Shown: one piece after another, positions 19,747 to 28,384 of the stretch | How the letters are laid out: the number at the start of each line of letters is the position of its first letter | How positions within the stretch are numbered: the first letter of the stretch is position 1 | Assembly (NCBI GenBank): GCA_007693855.1 | Contig: RECU01000042.1 | Coordinates: 11,733-75,732, forward strand | Direction: 5' to 3' | Source of the DNA: Gammaproteobacteria bacterium | Lineage (GTDB): Bacteria > Pseudomonadota > Gammaproteobacteria > Steroidobacterales > PWYM01 | DNA length: 64,000 nucleotides | The notes under the pieces: generated by a model | What the model was told of the DNA's origin: nothing | Database searches by the model: none | Seen by the model: the letters and a program-made list of their open reading frames with translations, nothing else | Program-made: the position numbers and the translations under genes

Positions 19747-20888
19747 GTGCCGATGACGCCGCGGCTGTCCGCCGCCTGAGCGAAGCGATCGCGTGCAGCG
19801 TCACCCGGCCCTGGACGCTGATGGAAGTCTGTGGCGGCCAGACCCATGCCATCCTCGAGCACGGCCTCGACCAGCTGCTGCCCCCCGGGCTGGAGCTGGT
19901 GCACGGGCCCGGCTGTCCGGTCTGTGTGACCCCGCCCGAGCTGATCGACCAGGCCATTGCCCTGGCCGGTCGGGCGGGCGTGACGCTGTGCTCCTTTGGC
20001 GACATGCTGCGGGTGCCGGGGGGCGCGGGCGACACGCTGCTCGCGGCACGTGCCCGCGGCGGCGACGTGCGCATCGTCTACTCTCCGCTGGATGCGCTGG
20101 CGCTGGCCCGCGCCGAGCCTGCGCGCACCGTGGTGTTTTTCGCCGTGGGCTTCGAGACCACGGCGCCGGCCAACGCGGTCGCCGTGGCCCAGGCGACCCG
20201 CGAAGGCCTGGGCAACTTTCTGCTGCTGTGCGCGCACGTGCGGGTGCCGCCGGCCATGGAGACGATCCTGGCGGCGGCGGGCAACCGCGTGCAGGGCTTC
20301 CTGGCCGCCGGCCATGTCTGCACGATCATGGGGCTGGAGGAATACCGTCCGCTGGCTGAGCGCTATCAGGTCCCGATCGTGGTCACCGGCTTCTCGCCGG
20401 TGGATATCCTCGCAGGCGTGCTGCTGTGCGTCCGCCAGCTCGAACGTGGCGAGGCGCGGGTGGAGAACGCCTACGCCAGCGCGGTCGACCCGCAGGGCAA
20501 TACCGCCGCGCAAGGCCTGCTGCGACAGGTGTTCGAGCGCGTGCCGCGGCCCTGGCGGGGACTGGGCTCGCTCCCCGACAGCGGCCTGGCCCTGCGCCCC
20601 GAATATGCCCGCCATGACGCCGGCCGGCGCTTCGGCCTGCCCGCCGGGGAGGCCACCGGGCCAGCGGGTCCGCCAGGGTCCGCCACCGACGGCGCCAGCA
20701 GCGGGGACAGCCACGCAGTCCGCTGCCACGCCGGCGAGGTGCTGCAGGGGCGGCTGCGACCGGACGCCTGCCCAGCCTTCGGCCGGGCCTGCACCCCCGA
20801 GACGCCGCTGGGCGCGCCCATGGTGTCCTCCGAAGGCGCCTGCGCGGCCTATTTCCGTCATCGCCGCACGCGCCATACCGCGGCATGA
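19743..20888 (+). CDS. hypD: Hydrogenase formation protein HypD
   Basis: [29 protein letters not shown], and a C-terminal Cys cluster. ATGA overlap with hypC. Confidence 0.95.
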   Translation: MSADDAAAVRRLSEAIACSVTRPWTLMEVCGGQTHAILEHGLDQLLPPGLELVHGPGCPVCVTPPELIDQAIALAGRAGVTLCSFGDMLRVPGGAGDTLLAARARGGDVRIVYSPLDALALARAEPARTVVFFAVGFETTAPANAVAVAQATREGLGNFLLLCAHVRVPPAMETILAAAGNRVQGFLAAGHVCTIMGLEEYRPLAERYQVPIVVTGFSPVDILAGVLLCVRQLERGEARVENAYASAVDPQGNTAAQGLLRQVFERVPRPWRGLGSLPDSGLALRPEYARHDAGRRFGLPAGEATGPAGPPGSATDGASSGDSHAVRCHAGEVLQGRLRPDACPAFGRACTPETPLGAPMVSSEGACAAYFRHRRTRHTAA

Positions 20889-21940
20889 GCGCCCCCACCG
20901 ACATCGGCGTGGTCTGCCCGCTGCCGGGCGGCAGCGAGCAGGCCTGCATCACGCTGGCCCATGGCGGCGGTGGCCGGCTGATGCGCGAACTGATCGAGGG
21001 CTTCATCGCCCCGCGACTGCGTCTCGCGCCGGCGGCGCTGACGGTGGACGCGGCGGCGCTGGGCCCGGTCTCGGCGCCACTGGCTTTCACCACCGATTCC
21101 TACGTGGTCTCGCCGCTGGAATTCCCGGGCGGCAGCATCGGCACCCTGGCCATCCACGGCACGATCAACGACCTCGCTGCCGCCGGCGCGCGGGCGCGCT
21201 GGCTGAGCGTGGGCCTGATTCTCGAGGAGGGACTGCCCCTGGCCGTGCTCGGCCGGGTACTCGAGGCCATGGGTCAGGCGGCGGCCGAGGCGGACGTGCG
21301 CCTGGTCACCGGCGACACCAAGGTGGTGGAACGCGGCAGCGCCGACCGCATGTTCGTGAACACCGCGGGCATCGGCGAGCTGCTGCTGCGCGAGCCCCCC
21401 GGGCCACAAAGACTGCAGGCCGGCGACACCCTGCTGCTCAGCGGCGACATCGGCCGGCATGGCGCGACCATTGTCGCGGCGCGTGAGTCACTCGGGCTGT
21501 CGACGGCACGGCTGGCCAGCGACTGCGCCCCGCTCCACGGCCAGCTCGAGGCGCTCGCGAGGGCGGGTGTGAATGTGCATGGCGCCCGCGATCTCACGCG
21601 CGGCGGGCTGGCCACGGCGGTGGTGGAGCTGTGTCGGGACGCCGGCCTGGCAGCGACCCTGGAGGCCGTGGCCATCCCGATGCAGGAGGAAGTCCGTGGC
21701 GTCTGCGAACTCCTGGGCCTCGATCCGCTGTATCTTGCGAACGAGGGACGCATGCTGTGGCTGGTGCCCGACGACGAGACGGACCGCGCCGCGGCAGCAC
21801 TGCGCCGTGCGGGCGCCACCCCAAGCGTCTGCGGCAGACTGCACGCGGGCCAGGGTGGCGAGGTGACCCTGGTGACGCGCTACGGGACGCGGCGGGCCCT
21901 CGACCTGCTCAGTGGGGACCAGCTGCCGCGCATCTGCTGA
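20885..21940 (+). CDS. hypE: Hydrogenase expression/formation protein HypE
   Basis: AIR-synthase-like fold, LAHGGGG, and the C-terminal PRIC motif. ATGA overlap with hypD. Confidence 0.95.
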   Translation: MSAPTDIGVVCPLPGGSEQACITLAHGGGGRLMRELIEGFIAPRLRLAPAALTVDAAALGPVSAPLAFTTDSYVVSPLEFPGGSIGTLAIHGTINDLAAAGARARWLSVGLILEEGLPLAVLGRVLEAMGQAAAEADVRLVTGDTKVVERGSADRMFVNTAGIGELLLREPPGPQRLQAGDTLLLSGDIGRHGATIVAARESLGLSTARLASDCAPLHGQLEALARAGVNVHGARDLTRGGLATAVVELCRDAGLAATLEAVAIPMQEEVRGVCELLGLDPLYLANEGRMLWLVPDDETDRAAAALRRAGATPSVCGRLHAGQGGEVTLVTRYGTRRALDLLSGDQLPRIC

Positions 21941-21966
21941 GTCGGCTCTAAAAGGTGAGATGAACG

Positions 21967-22641
21967 ATGACCGAGACCTACCGGGCGCTGGTGCTCGACT
22001 GTGACGGCGTGCTGCTGGACTCCAACGGGGTGAAGACCCGCGCCTTCGGCGCCGTGGCCGAGCGCTTCGGCGCCGCGGCCAGCCGCGAGTTCATCCGCTA
22101 CCACCTTGACCACCCGGGCGTCTCGCGCTTCGACAAGTTCCGGCACCTGCTCGACCGCCACGGGGGGGAGGCGGCCGCAGGCGTCACGCTGGAGACGCTG
22201 CTGGAGGACTTCGCCGAGCGCGTCGCCGCGGGGCTGCGCGCGTGTGCGGTTGCCCCCGGGCTGACCGAGCTTCGCGCGCGCTGGCCAGCGTTGACCTGGA
22301 TGATGGTGTCCGCCGGCGCGCAGTCGGAGCTCCGCGAGCTGTTCCAGCACCGGGGCCTGGCGGCGCTGTTCGACGGCGGGATTTATGGCAGCCCGGACAC
22401 CAAGGCCCAAATCCTCTCGCGGGAACTCGCCGCCGGGCGCCTGCAGCGGCCGGCACTTTACGCCGGCGACAGCCGTGCAGACCACGAGGCCGCCTGCGGC
22501 GCAGGGCTGGACTTCGTGTTCGTCTCCGACTGGACCGCCTTCGAGGACTGGCAGGCCTACTGCCGCGAGCAGGCGCTGGACACGGTGGCCCAGCTGGCCG
22601 AAATCGAACCGCTGCTCGAGTGCGGGCCGGTGACACGATGA
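21967..22641 (+). CDS. HAD-superfamily phosphatase
   Basis: LVLDCDGVLLDS (DxDG motif I), later SAG and GDSRADHEA motifs. Starts 26 nt after hypE with no terminator in between. Confidence 0.8.
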   Translation: MTETYRALVLDCDGVLLDSNGVKTRAFGAVAERFGAAASREFIRYHLDHPGVSRFDKFRHLLDRHGGEAAAGVTLETLLEDFAERVAAGLRACAVAPGLTELRARWPALTWMMVSAGAQSELRELFQHRGLAALFDGGIYGSPDTKAQILSRELAAGRLQRPALYAGDSRADHEAACGAGLDFVFVSDWTAFEDWQAYCREQALDTVAQLAEIEPLLECGPVTR

Positions 22642-23378
22642 GCCTGCCGGACTGGGTCGACAGCGCCGCCCGCGTGGTGGTGGCGGGCGCCAAGCCCGGC
22701 GTGCGCTTGCCCCTGCTCGAGCGCCCGGTACTGCTCACCGCCAATGGCGCCGCGCTGCTTGGTCCGCCCTACCGGGCCCGCTGCGGGGCCTGGGTGATCA
22801 GTGTGGTCGACAGTGGCGTGCTGGCCAAGGACACGGCCGTGCAGCAGGCCATCCGCACAGCCCAGCCCGACGAGTTGCTGATCGTCGGGGAGGTGATCGC
22901 CGAGCGCGAAGCCTTCATGCGCGAGACCCTGGGGCTAGAGCGGACCGTGCTGCGGACCCTGGCCTACCGTGAGCGCTTCGAGTTCCTGCGCGAAGCCGCC
23001 GGACGCCGCGCCTGGCTGATCGCCGCGCACGACCTGAAGTCACCCAAGCGTCTGCTGGAGTCGCTGCGCCTCATCGCCACACCCGAGCGCATGGCCTTCG
23101 TCACCGCCTCCACCGGCATGAATGCGGTGTTTTACGCCCGCCGCCGTTTCGCCGCCGCGCAGGAGATCATCACCGCCGGGATCGGCCTGCAGCCCGGCGG
23201 ACACTTCTACGGCGTGGGGCGCATGAGCAGTTCACGCGCCCGCGCCGACCGGCTGCTGATGCAGGCCTGGCCCCCGGAGCAGCGCCCCTGGCTGAAGACC
23301 ACCGACCCGGTGATGCAGTCGCTGGGCCGGGTGCCGGCCTGGACCGGCGAGTGCTTCACCCCGGCGCCGCCGGCGTGA
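22638..23378 (+). CDS. Hypothetical protein (246 aa) with weak sialyltransferase/MptE-like resemblance
   Basis: ATG at 22638 in an ATGA overlap with the HAD gene, in the frame of ORF 22242..23378. LLTANGAALLGP and VTASTGMNAVFYARRRFAAAQEIITAGIGLQPGGHFY recall the GNGPSL and TSG...IYLxGID blocks of GT42-type enzymes. This is a by-eye comparison only. Confidence 0.55.
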   Translation: MSLPDWVDSAARVVVAGAKPGVRLPLLERPVLLTANGAALLGPPYRARCGAWVISVVDSGVLAKDTAVQQAIRTAQPDELLIVGEVIAEREAFMRETLGLERTVLRTLAYRERFEFLREAAGRRAWLIAAHDLKSPKRLLESLRLIATPERMAFVTASTGMNAVFYARRRFAAAQEIITAGIGLQPGGHFYGVGRMSSSRARADRLLMQAWPPEQRPWLKTTDPVMQSLGRVPAWTGECFTPAPPA

Positions 23379-24277
23379 ACCGGCCCTGGCACATGGCCTG
23401 GGATGGCGGCGCGCAGCTGGGCGAGGCGCCCTGCTGGCTGGACGGCGCGCTGTTCTGGAGCGATATCGAACGTGGCGAGCTCTGGCGGCTGGCGGCGGCG
23501 GGAGTCGCCGCAGACCGCCTCTACCACGACCGGCCGGTCGGCGGCTTTACCCGCCAGGCCGACGGTGCACTGCTGCTGTTCCGCGATCGCGGCAACGTCG
23601 TGCACTGGCCGCTGCCGGGCCAGCCGGGCGAGGCCCGCACCCTGGTCGAGGCCCTGCCCGGCGAGCAGGCCAGCCGCTTCAACGATGTGCTCGCCGATCC
23701 AGCCGGGCGGGTGTTCTGCGGCACCCTCAGCAGCCCGGACAAGGCGGGGGCACTGTATCGCCTGGACCCCGACGGGCAGATCGCCGCGGTCCTCGAAGGC
23801 CTGGGTACACCGAACGGCATGGGGCTGACACCAACCCACGATGCGCTCTATGTCACCGACACGCGGGCCCGCACCATCTGGCGCCATGACTACGACGTGG
23901 ACCGGGGCGAAGTCGGCGCCCGCACGGCGTTCTACGTCAGCGACACGCCACCGGCCCGACCGGATGGCCTGTGCGTGGATGTCGAAGGCTGCGTCTGGAC
24001 GGCGCTCTACGAGGGCGGCGCCGTGCTCCGGCTGTCGCCGGCAGGCGAAGTCCTCGAGCGGATCACGCTGCCGGCGCGCTATACCACCAGCCTGTGCTTC
24101 GGTGCGCCTGGCCGCGGTGAGCTGTTCGTCACCTCTGCCGGCGGCCCGGCCAGGGCACAGGCTGGCCCGCATGCCGGCGCGGTATTCCGCCTCGAGGTGA
24201 ACGTGGAGGGCGGCCCGGTATACGATTCGCGGATCCTGCTTCAGAACACCGGAAAAAACGCCAGGAACAGCTCATGA
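23375..24277 (+). CDS. SMP-30 / gluconolactonase / LRE-like beta-propeller protein
   Basis: GEAPCWLDGALFWSDI, RFNDVLADPAGRVFCGT, PNGMGLTP, PDGLCVDVEGCVWTA. GTG 23375 lies in a GTGA overlap; ATG 23351 is the alternative start. Confidence 0.82.
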   Translation: MNRPWHMAWDGGAQLGEAPCWLDGALFWSDIERGELWRLAAAGVAADRLYHDRPVGGFTRQADGALLLFRDRGNVVHWPLPGQPGEARTLVEALPGEQASRFNDVLADPAGRVFCGTLSSPDKAGALYRLDPDGQIAAVLEGLGTPNGMGLTPTHDALYVTDTRARTIWRHDYDVDRGEVGARTAFYVSDTPPARPDGLCVDVEGCVWTALYEGGAVLRLSPAGEVLERITLPARYTTSLCFGAPGRGELFVTSAGGPARAQAGPHAGAVFRLEVNVEGGPVYDSRILLQNTGKNARNSS

Positions 24278-25044
24278 ATGTCGCCATCGTCACCGCCCGC
24301 GCCGGCAGCAAGTCCATCATCGACAAGAACGTCTACCCGGTGAACGGCCGGGCGATGGTCCAGTATCCGATCCACGCCGCCCGCGCGGCCCGCCGCATCG
24401 GCGGCGTCTACGTCTCCACCGACGGCGAGAAGATTGCCGAGGCCTCGCGCGCGGCGGGCGCCACCATCATCCCGCGGCCTGACGAACTCGGCGGCGACAG
24501 CGTCAACCACGGCATCGTCATCCGTCACGCCGTGGAGTGGGTGGACGAGCGCGTCGAGGGACTGGAAAACATCGTGCTGCTGCTCGGCAATACCGTGATG
24601 ATCAGCGGCGAGCTGATCGATCATTGCCTGGAGGTTCTCGAGACGCGCAAGGACATCGACTCGGTCATGACCGTGTGGGAGGCCGGCGACGATCACCCGC
24701 TGCGGGCCATGGAAATCCGCGACGGCCTGGTCGTGCCCTATGGCGGCACGCAGCGCGAAGTCTCCACCGAGCGCCAGAGCTATCCCAAGGCCTACTACTA
24801 CGACCAGGGCGTCTGGGCCTTTCGCAAGGACTGCGTCCAGCGGCGTGACGGTCCGAACCCCTGGTGGTGGATGGGTGCCCGGGTGCATCCGGTCGTGCGC
24901 ATGTGGACCACCGGGCGCGACGTGCACTCGCACTTCGATCTCGGTGTGCACCGCTGGTGGCTGGATGAAGGCCACCAGCTGCAGACCGAGGCCGACGGCA
25001 TCGACTACGCGAGCATCACCCGCCCGCCGGAGGAGCCGACGTGA
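24274..25044 (+). CDS. Acylneuraminate (CMP-sugar acid) cytidylyltransferase family protein
   Basis: MNVAIVTARAGSKSIIDKN N-terminus is typical of the NeuA/KdsB-type CTP-transferase family. ATGA overlap upstream. Confidence 0.82.
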   Translation: MNVAIVTARAGSKSIIDKNVYPVNGRAMVQYPIHAARAARRIGGVYVSTDGEKIAEASRAAGATIIPRPDELGGDSVNHGIVIRHAVEWVDERVEGLENIVLLLGNTVMISGELIDHCLEVLETRKDIDSVMTVWEAGDDHPLRAMEIRDGLVVPYGGTQREVSTERQSYPKAYYYDQGVWAFRKDCVQRRDGPNPWWWMGARVHPVVRMWTTGRDVHSHFDLGVHRWWLDEGHQLQTEADGIDYASITRPPEEPT

Positions 25045-25976
25045 GCCAGCGGGTGCTGGTCAGCACCTCGAGCTTTGGTGACGACGCACGGGCACTGCTC
25101 GAGTCGGCAGGTCTCCAGGTCGAGCTCAATCCGCATGGCCGCAAGCTCACGCCCGAGGAAAGTCGCAGTCTGATGGGCGAGATCAGCGGACTGGTGGCCG
25201 GTACCGAGCGGCTCGACGCCGAAGTGCTGGCGGCAGCCCCGAACCTCCGGGTCATCTCGCGCGTGGGCACCGGCATGGATGCCATCGACTTCGCGGCCAC
25301 CGCGGCGCGCGGGATCGAGGTCTACAACACCCCGGAGGCGCATGTCGACGCTGTGGCTGAGCTCGCGCTCGGCGGACTGCTCGCACTGCTCCGGGGCATT
25401 GCCCGCAGTGACGCGAGTATTCGCGACGGGGCCTGGCAACGGCCGATGGGGGGGCTGCTGCGGGGCCGCAGCGTGGGCCTGCTGGGCTTCGGCCGAGTCG
25501 GCCGGCGCCTCGCCGCCCTGCTCGCACCCTTCGACGTGACGCTGTATGCCACTGACCCCGCGGCCGACCCGGCCCAGGCGCGGGCCGCGGGCGTCGAACT
25601 GCTGTCCCGCGAGGCGCTGCTGGCCCGGGCCGAGATTGTCTCGCTGCATGTGCCCGGCCAGGGAGGCAGACCCGTGTTCGACGCCGAGGCCTTCGGTCAC
25701 CTGCGTCCTGGCGCCGTGCTGATCAATACCGCCCGCGGCGAGCTGGTCGACGAGACGGCGCTGCTCGCCCATCTCGACGCCGACCCCGCCTTCATGGCCT
25801 ACCTGGACGTGTTCGCTGAAGAACCCTATCGCGGGCCACTGGCCAGCCACCCAAGGGTGTTGCTGAGTGCGCATCTCGGCTCGTATGCACGCGAGGCGCG
25901 CGCCCTGATGGAACGCCAGGCGGTGGAAAACCTGCTGCGCGGCCTGGCCCTCACCGCCGCGGAGGGCCCGCGGTGA
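25041..25976 (+). CDS. D-isomer-specific 2-hydroxyacid dehydrogenase family protein
   Basis: GLLGFGRVGRRLA NAD-binding loop, INTARGELVDE, SAHLGSY. GTGA overlap upstream. Confidence 0.85.
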   Translation: MSQRVLVSTSSFGDDARALLESAGLQVELNPHGRKLTPEESRSLMGEISGLVAGTERLDAEVLAAAPNLRVISRVGTGMDAIDFAATAARGIEVYNTPEAHVDAVAELALGGLLALLRGIARSDASIRDGAWQRPMGGLLRGRSVGLLGFGRVGRRLAALLAPFDVTLYATDPAADPAQARAAGVELLSREALLARAEIVSLHVPGQGGRPVFDAEAFGHLRPGAVLINTARGELVDETALLAHLDADPAFMAYLDVFAEEPYRGPLASHPRVLLSAHLGSYAREARALMERQAVENLLRGLALTAAEGPR

Positions 25977-26878
25977 GCCGGGTGCTGGTCACCGGCGGGG
26001 CTGGCTTTCTCGGCAGTCATGTCGCCGACGCCCTGGCTGCGGCCGGCCACGAAGTCAGCCTGTTCGACCTGGAGCCCTCGGCCTGGTGTGCCCCGGGGTA
26101 TCGGGAAATTCTCGGCGATATCCGCGACGCCGATACCGTTGCCGCGGCTGTTGCCGGTCATGACGCCGTCATCCATCTCGCGGCACTGGCCGACCTCGAG
26201 GCCGGACTGGCACGCCCCCGGGATACGCTCGAGATCAACGTCTGCGGCACGCTGAACGTCCTGGAAGGCATGCGGGCCCACGGCATCGGCCGGCTGCTGT
26301 TCGCCAGCACCGTCTATGTCTACAGCCGCCACGGCGGCTTCTATCGCTGCAGCAAGCAGGCCGCCGAGAGCTACATCGAGGAATTCGCCCGCTGTAGCGG
26401 GATCGAATACACCATCCTGCGCTACGGCAGCCTCTATGGCCCGCGCGCCGACGCGAGCAACGGCGTCTACCGGCTGATCGACAAGGCCCTGCGCGGCGAG
26501 CCCATCCACCATCACGGCAGCCCGCTCGACCGGCGTGAATATATTCATGTCAGCGACGCCGCCCGCCTGAGCGTCCAGACACTGGACGCGGCCTATGCCA
26601 ACCGGCATATCGTGATCACCGGCCACGACGCCCTGCGGATCGGTGACCTGTTCGCGATGTTTGCCGAGATGCTCGGCCGGCCACTGGACATCAGCTACGC
26701 GTATCCCGACGACGCAATGGTCGCTGACACGCAGCGCGGCCATTACGGGCAGACGCCCTATGCCTACACGCCGCGCCCCGGCCACAAGCTCACGGCCGGC
26801 GAGTACGTGGACATGGGCCAGGGACTGCTACAGGTCTTCGAGGAAATCGACCGCGAGCTCGGCAACCACGGGCATTGA
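25973..26878 (+). CDS. NAD-dependent epimerase/dehydratase (extended SDR)
   Basis: VLVTGGAGFLGSHV and YRCSK (YxxxK). GTGA overlap upstream. Confidence 0.88.
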   Translation: MSRVLVTGGAGFLGSHVADALAAAGHEVSLFDLEPSAWCAPGYREILGDIRDADTVAAAVAGHDAVIHLAALADLEAGLARPRDTLEINVCGTLNVLEGMRAHGIGRLLFASTVYVYSRHGGFYRCSKQAAESYIEEFARCSGIEYTILRYGSLYGPRADASNGVYRLIDKALRGEPIHHHGSPLDRREYIHVSDAARLSVQTLDAAYANRHIVITGHDALRIGDLFAMFAEMLGRPLDISYAYPDDAMVADTQRGHYGQTPYAYTPRPGHKLTAGEYVDMGQGLLQVFEEIDRELGNHGH

Positions 26879-27901
26879 CCTGTAAGCCGCGGCGCCGCGC
26901 GCCTGCCAGGACGCACGGCCCTGCTCGATGAGCTCATAGATCTCCCGGCTGCGCCCGCCGAGCGTGCGGATGATGTCGTCGTGGGTGCCGCGTGTCGCCT
27001 CGACCCACAGCGCCCGCTGTTCGACGGTGAGTTCGTGCGAGACGAACCCGAGCTCCGCCTCGGAGATGGCCAGATCACGATCGATTTCCTCGCGGATCAT
27101 CCGGCGGGTCACGCTGATGTCGGGGAACGCCGTCCCGAAGAGCTCACGTTGCGCGTCGGTCAGCCCGTTCCACCAGCGCAGGTCGGCGACAATCACACTC
27201 ATGCCCAGCGAGTGCCCGGTGAGCATCAGATGCGGCGCCTCACCGGCAATGCCGGTGCGTGCGTACAGGGGGACACCGTTTTCGCCAGCCTCCATCAGGC
27301 CGGTCTGCAGCGAGGGCACGATGTCGCCGAAACCCACCGAGATGACATCGGCGCCCAATGCCCGCGCGAACAGCTGCGACGCCGGGCTGGCCGAGACGCG
27401 GAAGCGCACGCCACGCATCTGCGCCGGCGTCATCAGTGGCCGCTTCGCATAGACGTGGTGAAACCCGATCTCGTTCCAGGTGACGAGGTGCAGCCCGCGC
27501 TCTGCCAGCAGTTCGCGGAAAACCGGCGTCAGGTAGGTGTCGAAGACGTAATCGGCTTCTGCATAGCTGTCGAACAGGTAGGGCGCATACAGCAGTGCAA
27601 GCTCGGGCAGGACGGTAGAGGCCGCCATCGCCGAGAGATTTGCGAACTGCACGCGGCCGCGACGCAGGCCCGAGACCAGGGCTTCTTCTGAGCCCAGCTG
27701 GCCGTAGATCAGCATGCGCATGGTGATGTCCTCGTCCGAGGCCTCCACGGCCCGCTGGAACATCAGCCACTGCTCCTCGCCCGCGGTCCGCGCGGCCGCC
27801 GTCCCGGCCACCGTGACTTCCATGCCGGTGCGCTCGCCAGCATCGCAGCCCGCCAACAGCAAGACCGCACAACACAGGACCCAGCCTATTCTCGGAGACA
27901 T
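26828..27901 (-). CDS. TRAP-type transporter solute-binding protein (DctP family), lipoprotein, no DctQM partner nearby
   Basis: MSPRIGWVLCCAVLLLAGC lipobox. DctP-like body (LIYGQLGSEEALVSGLRRGRVQFANLS...FRVSASPASQLFARALGADV). The 3' end overlaps the convergent epimerase gene by 51 nt. Confidence 0.8.
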   Translation of the reverse strand: MSPRIGWVLCCAVLLLAGCDAGERTGMEVTVAGTAAARTAGEEQWLMFQRAVEASDEDITMRMLIYGQLGSEEALVSGLRRGRVQFANLSAMAASTVLPELALLYAPYLFDSYAEADYVFDTYLTPVFRELLAERGLHLVTWNEIGFHHVYAKRPLMTPAQMRGVRFRVSASPASQLFARALGADVISVGFGDIVPSLQTGLMEAGENGVPLYARTGIAGEAPHLMLTGHSLGMSVIVADLRWWNGLTDAQRELFGTAFPDISVTRRMIREEIDRDLAISEAELGFVSHELTVEQRALWVEATRGTHDDIIRTLGGRSREIYELIEQGRASWQARGAAAYRSMPVVAELAVDFLEDL

Positions 27902-27976
27902 GCACGCATTCCGTTGCCGCGAACCAGCCGACATCTTCGCAACTGGCCGCCACGGAATCCAGTGCGGGGGTGGTCT

Positions 27977-28204
27977 TCAGGCCCCCCTGGGGTGCAGCTC
28001 GACGATCTCGGCGTCCTGGCGACCACACACCTCGAGCCAGTAGCCGATGGCCTCGAGGTTGACGGCCGTGCTGTCGCGCTCGTCCCAGTAGCGCGCCAGC
28101 AGCTCGGCATGGCGGGGGTCGAGCCGACCATCTTCGATCAGTGCCGGCAGCAGGCTCTTGGCGCTGAGTCTGGGCATCATCATCACTCCGTTGCGGAACA
28201 CCAC
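27977..28204 (-). CDS. Small hypothetical protein (about 66-75 aa)
   Basis: ORF with genome-typical G/C third positions and no family recognised. Several in-frame ATGs (MVFRNGVMMMPRL). Confidence 0.35.
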   Translation of the reverse strand: MVFRNGVMMMPRLSAKSLLPALIEDGRLDPRHAELLARYWDERDSTAVNLEAIGYWLEVCGRQDAEIVELHPRGA

Positions 28205-28384
28205 GACCGCAGTCCAACTGAACTCACTGGGGAAACCATAGCCGGCACTGGGTGTCGCGCGCGTGACAGTGCCATGACAGCCTCATGAAGCCGTGATCCG
28301 CCTCTGGCGCACCAGCGCCCCGATCACGACGGTCGACGCGCTGTGCGAAAATGCGCAACCCTGGCCCCAAGCAAGGATGCCCTG

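Noticed and set aside
15105-20876. Very long minus-strand ORFs (15105..16421, 17255..19498, 18324..20876)
   Set aside because: They are antisense to hyhL, hypF and hypD, all of which carry diagnostic motifs. Their products are Arg/Gly/Pro-rich, as expected for non-coding frames in high-GC DNA.
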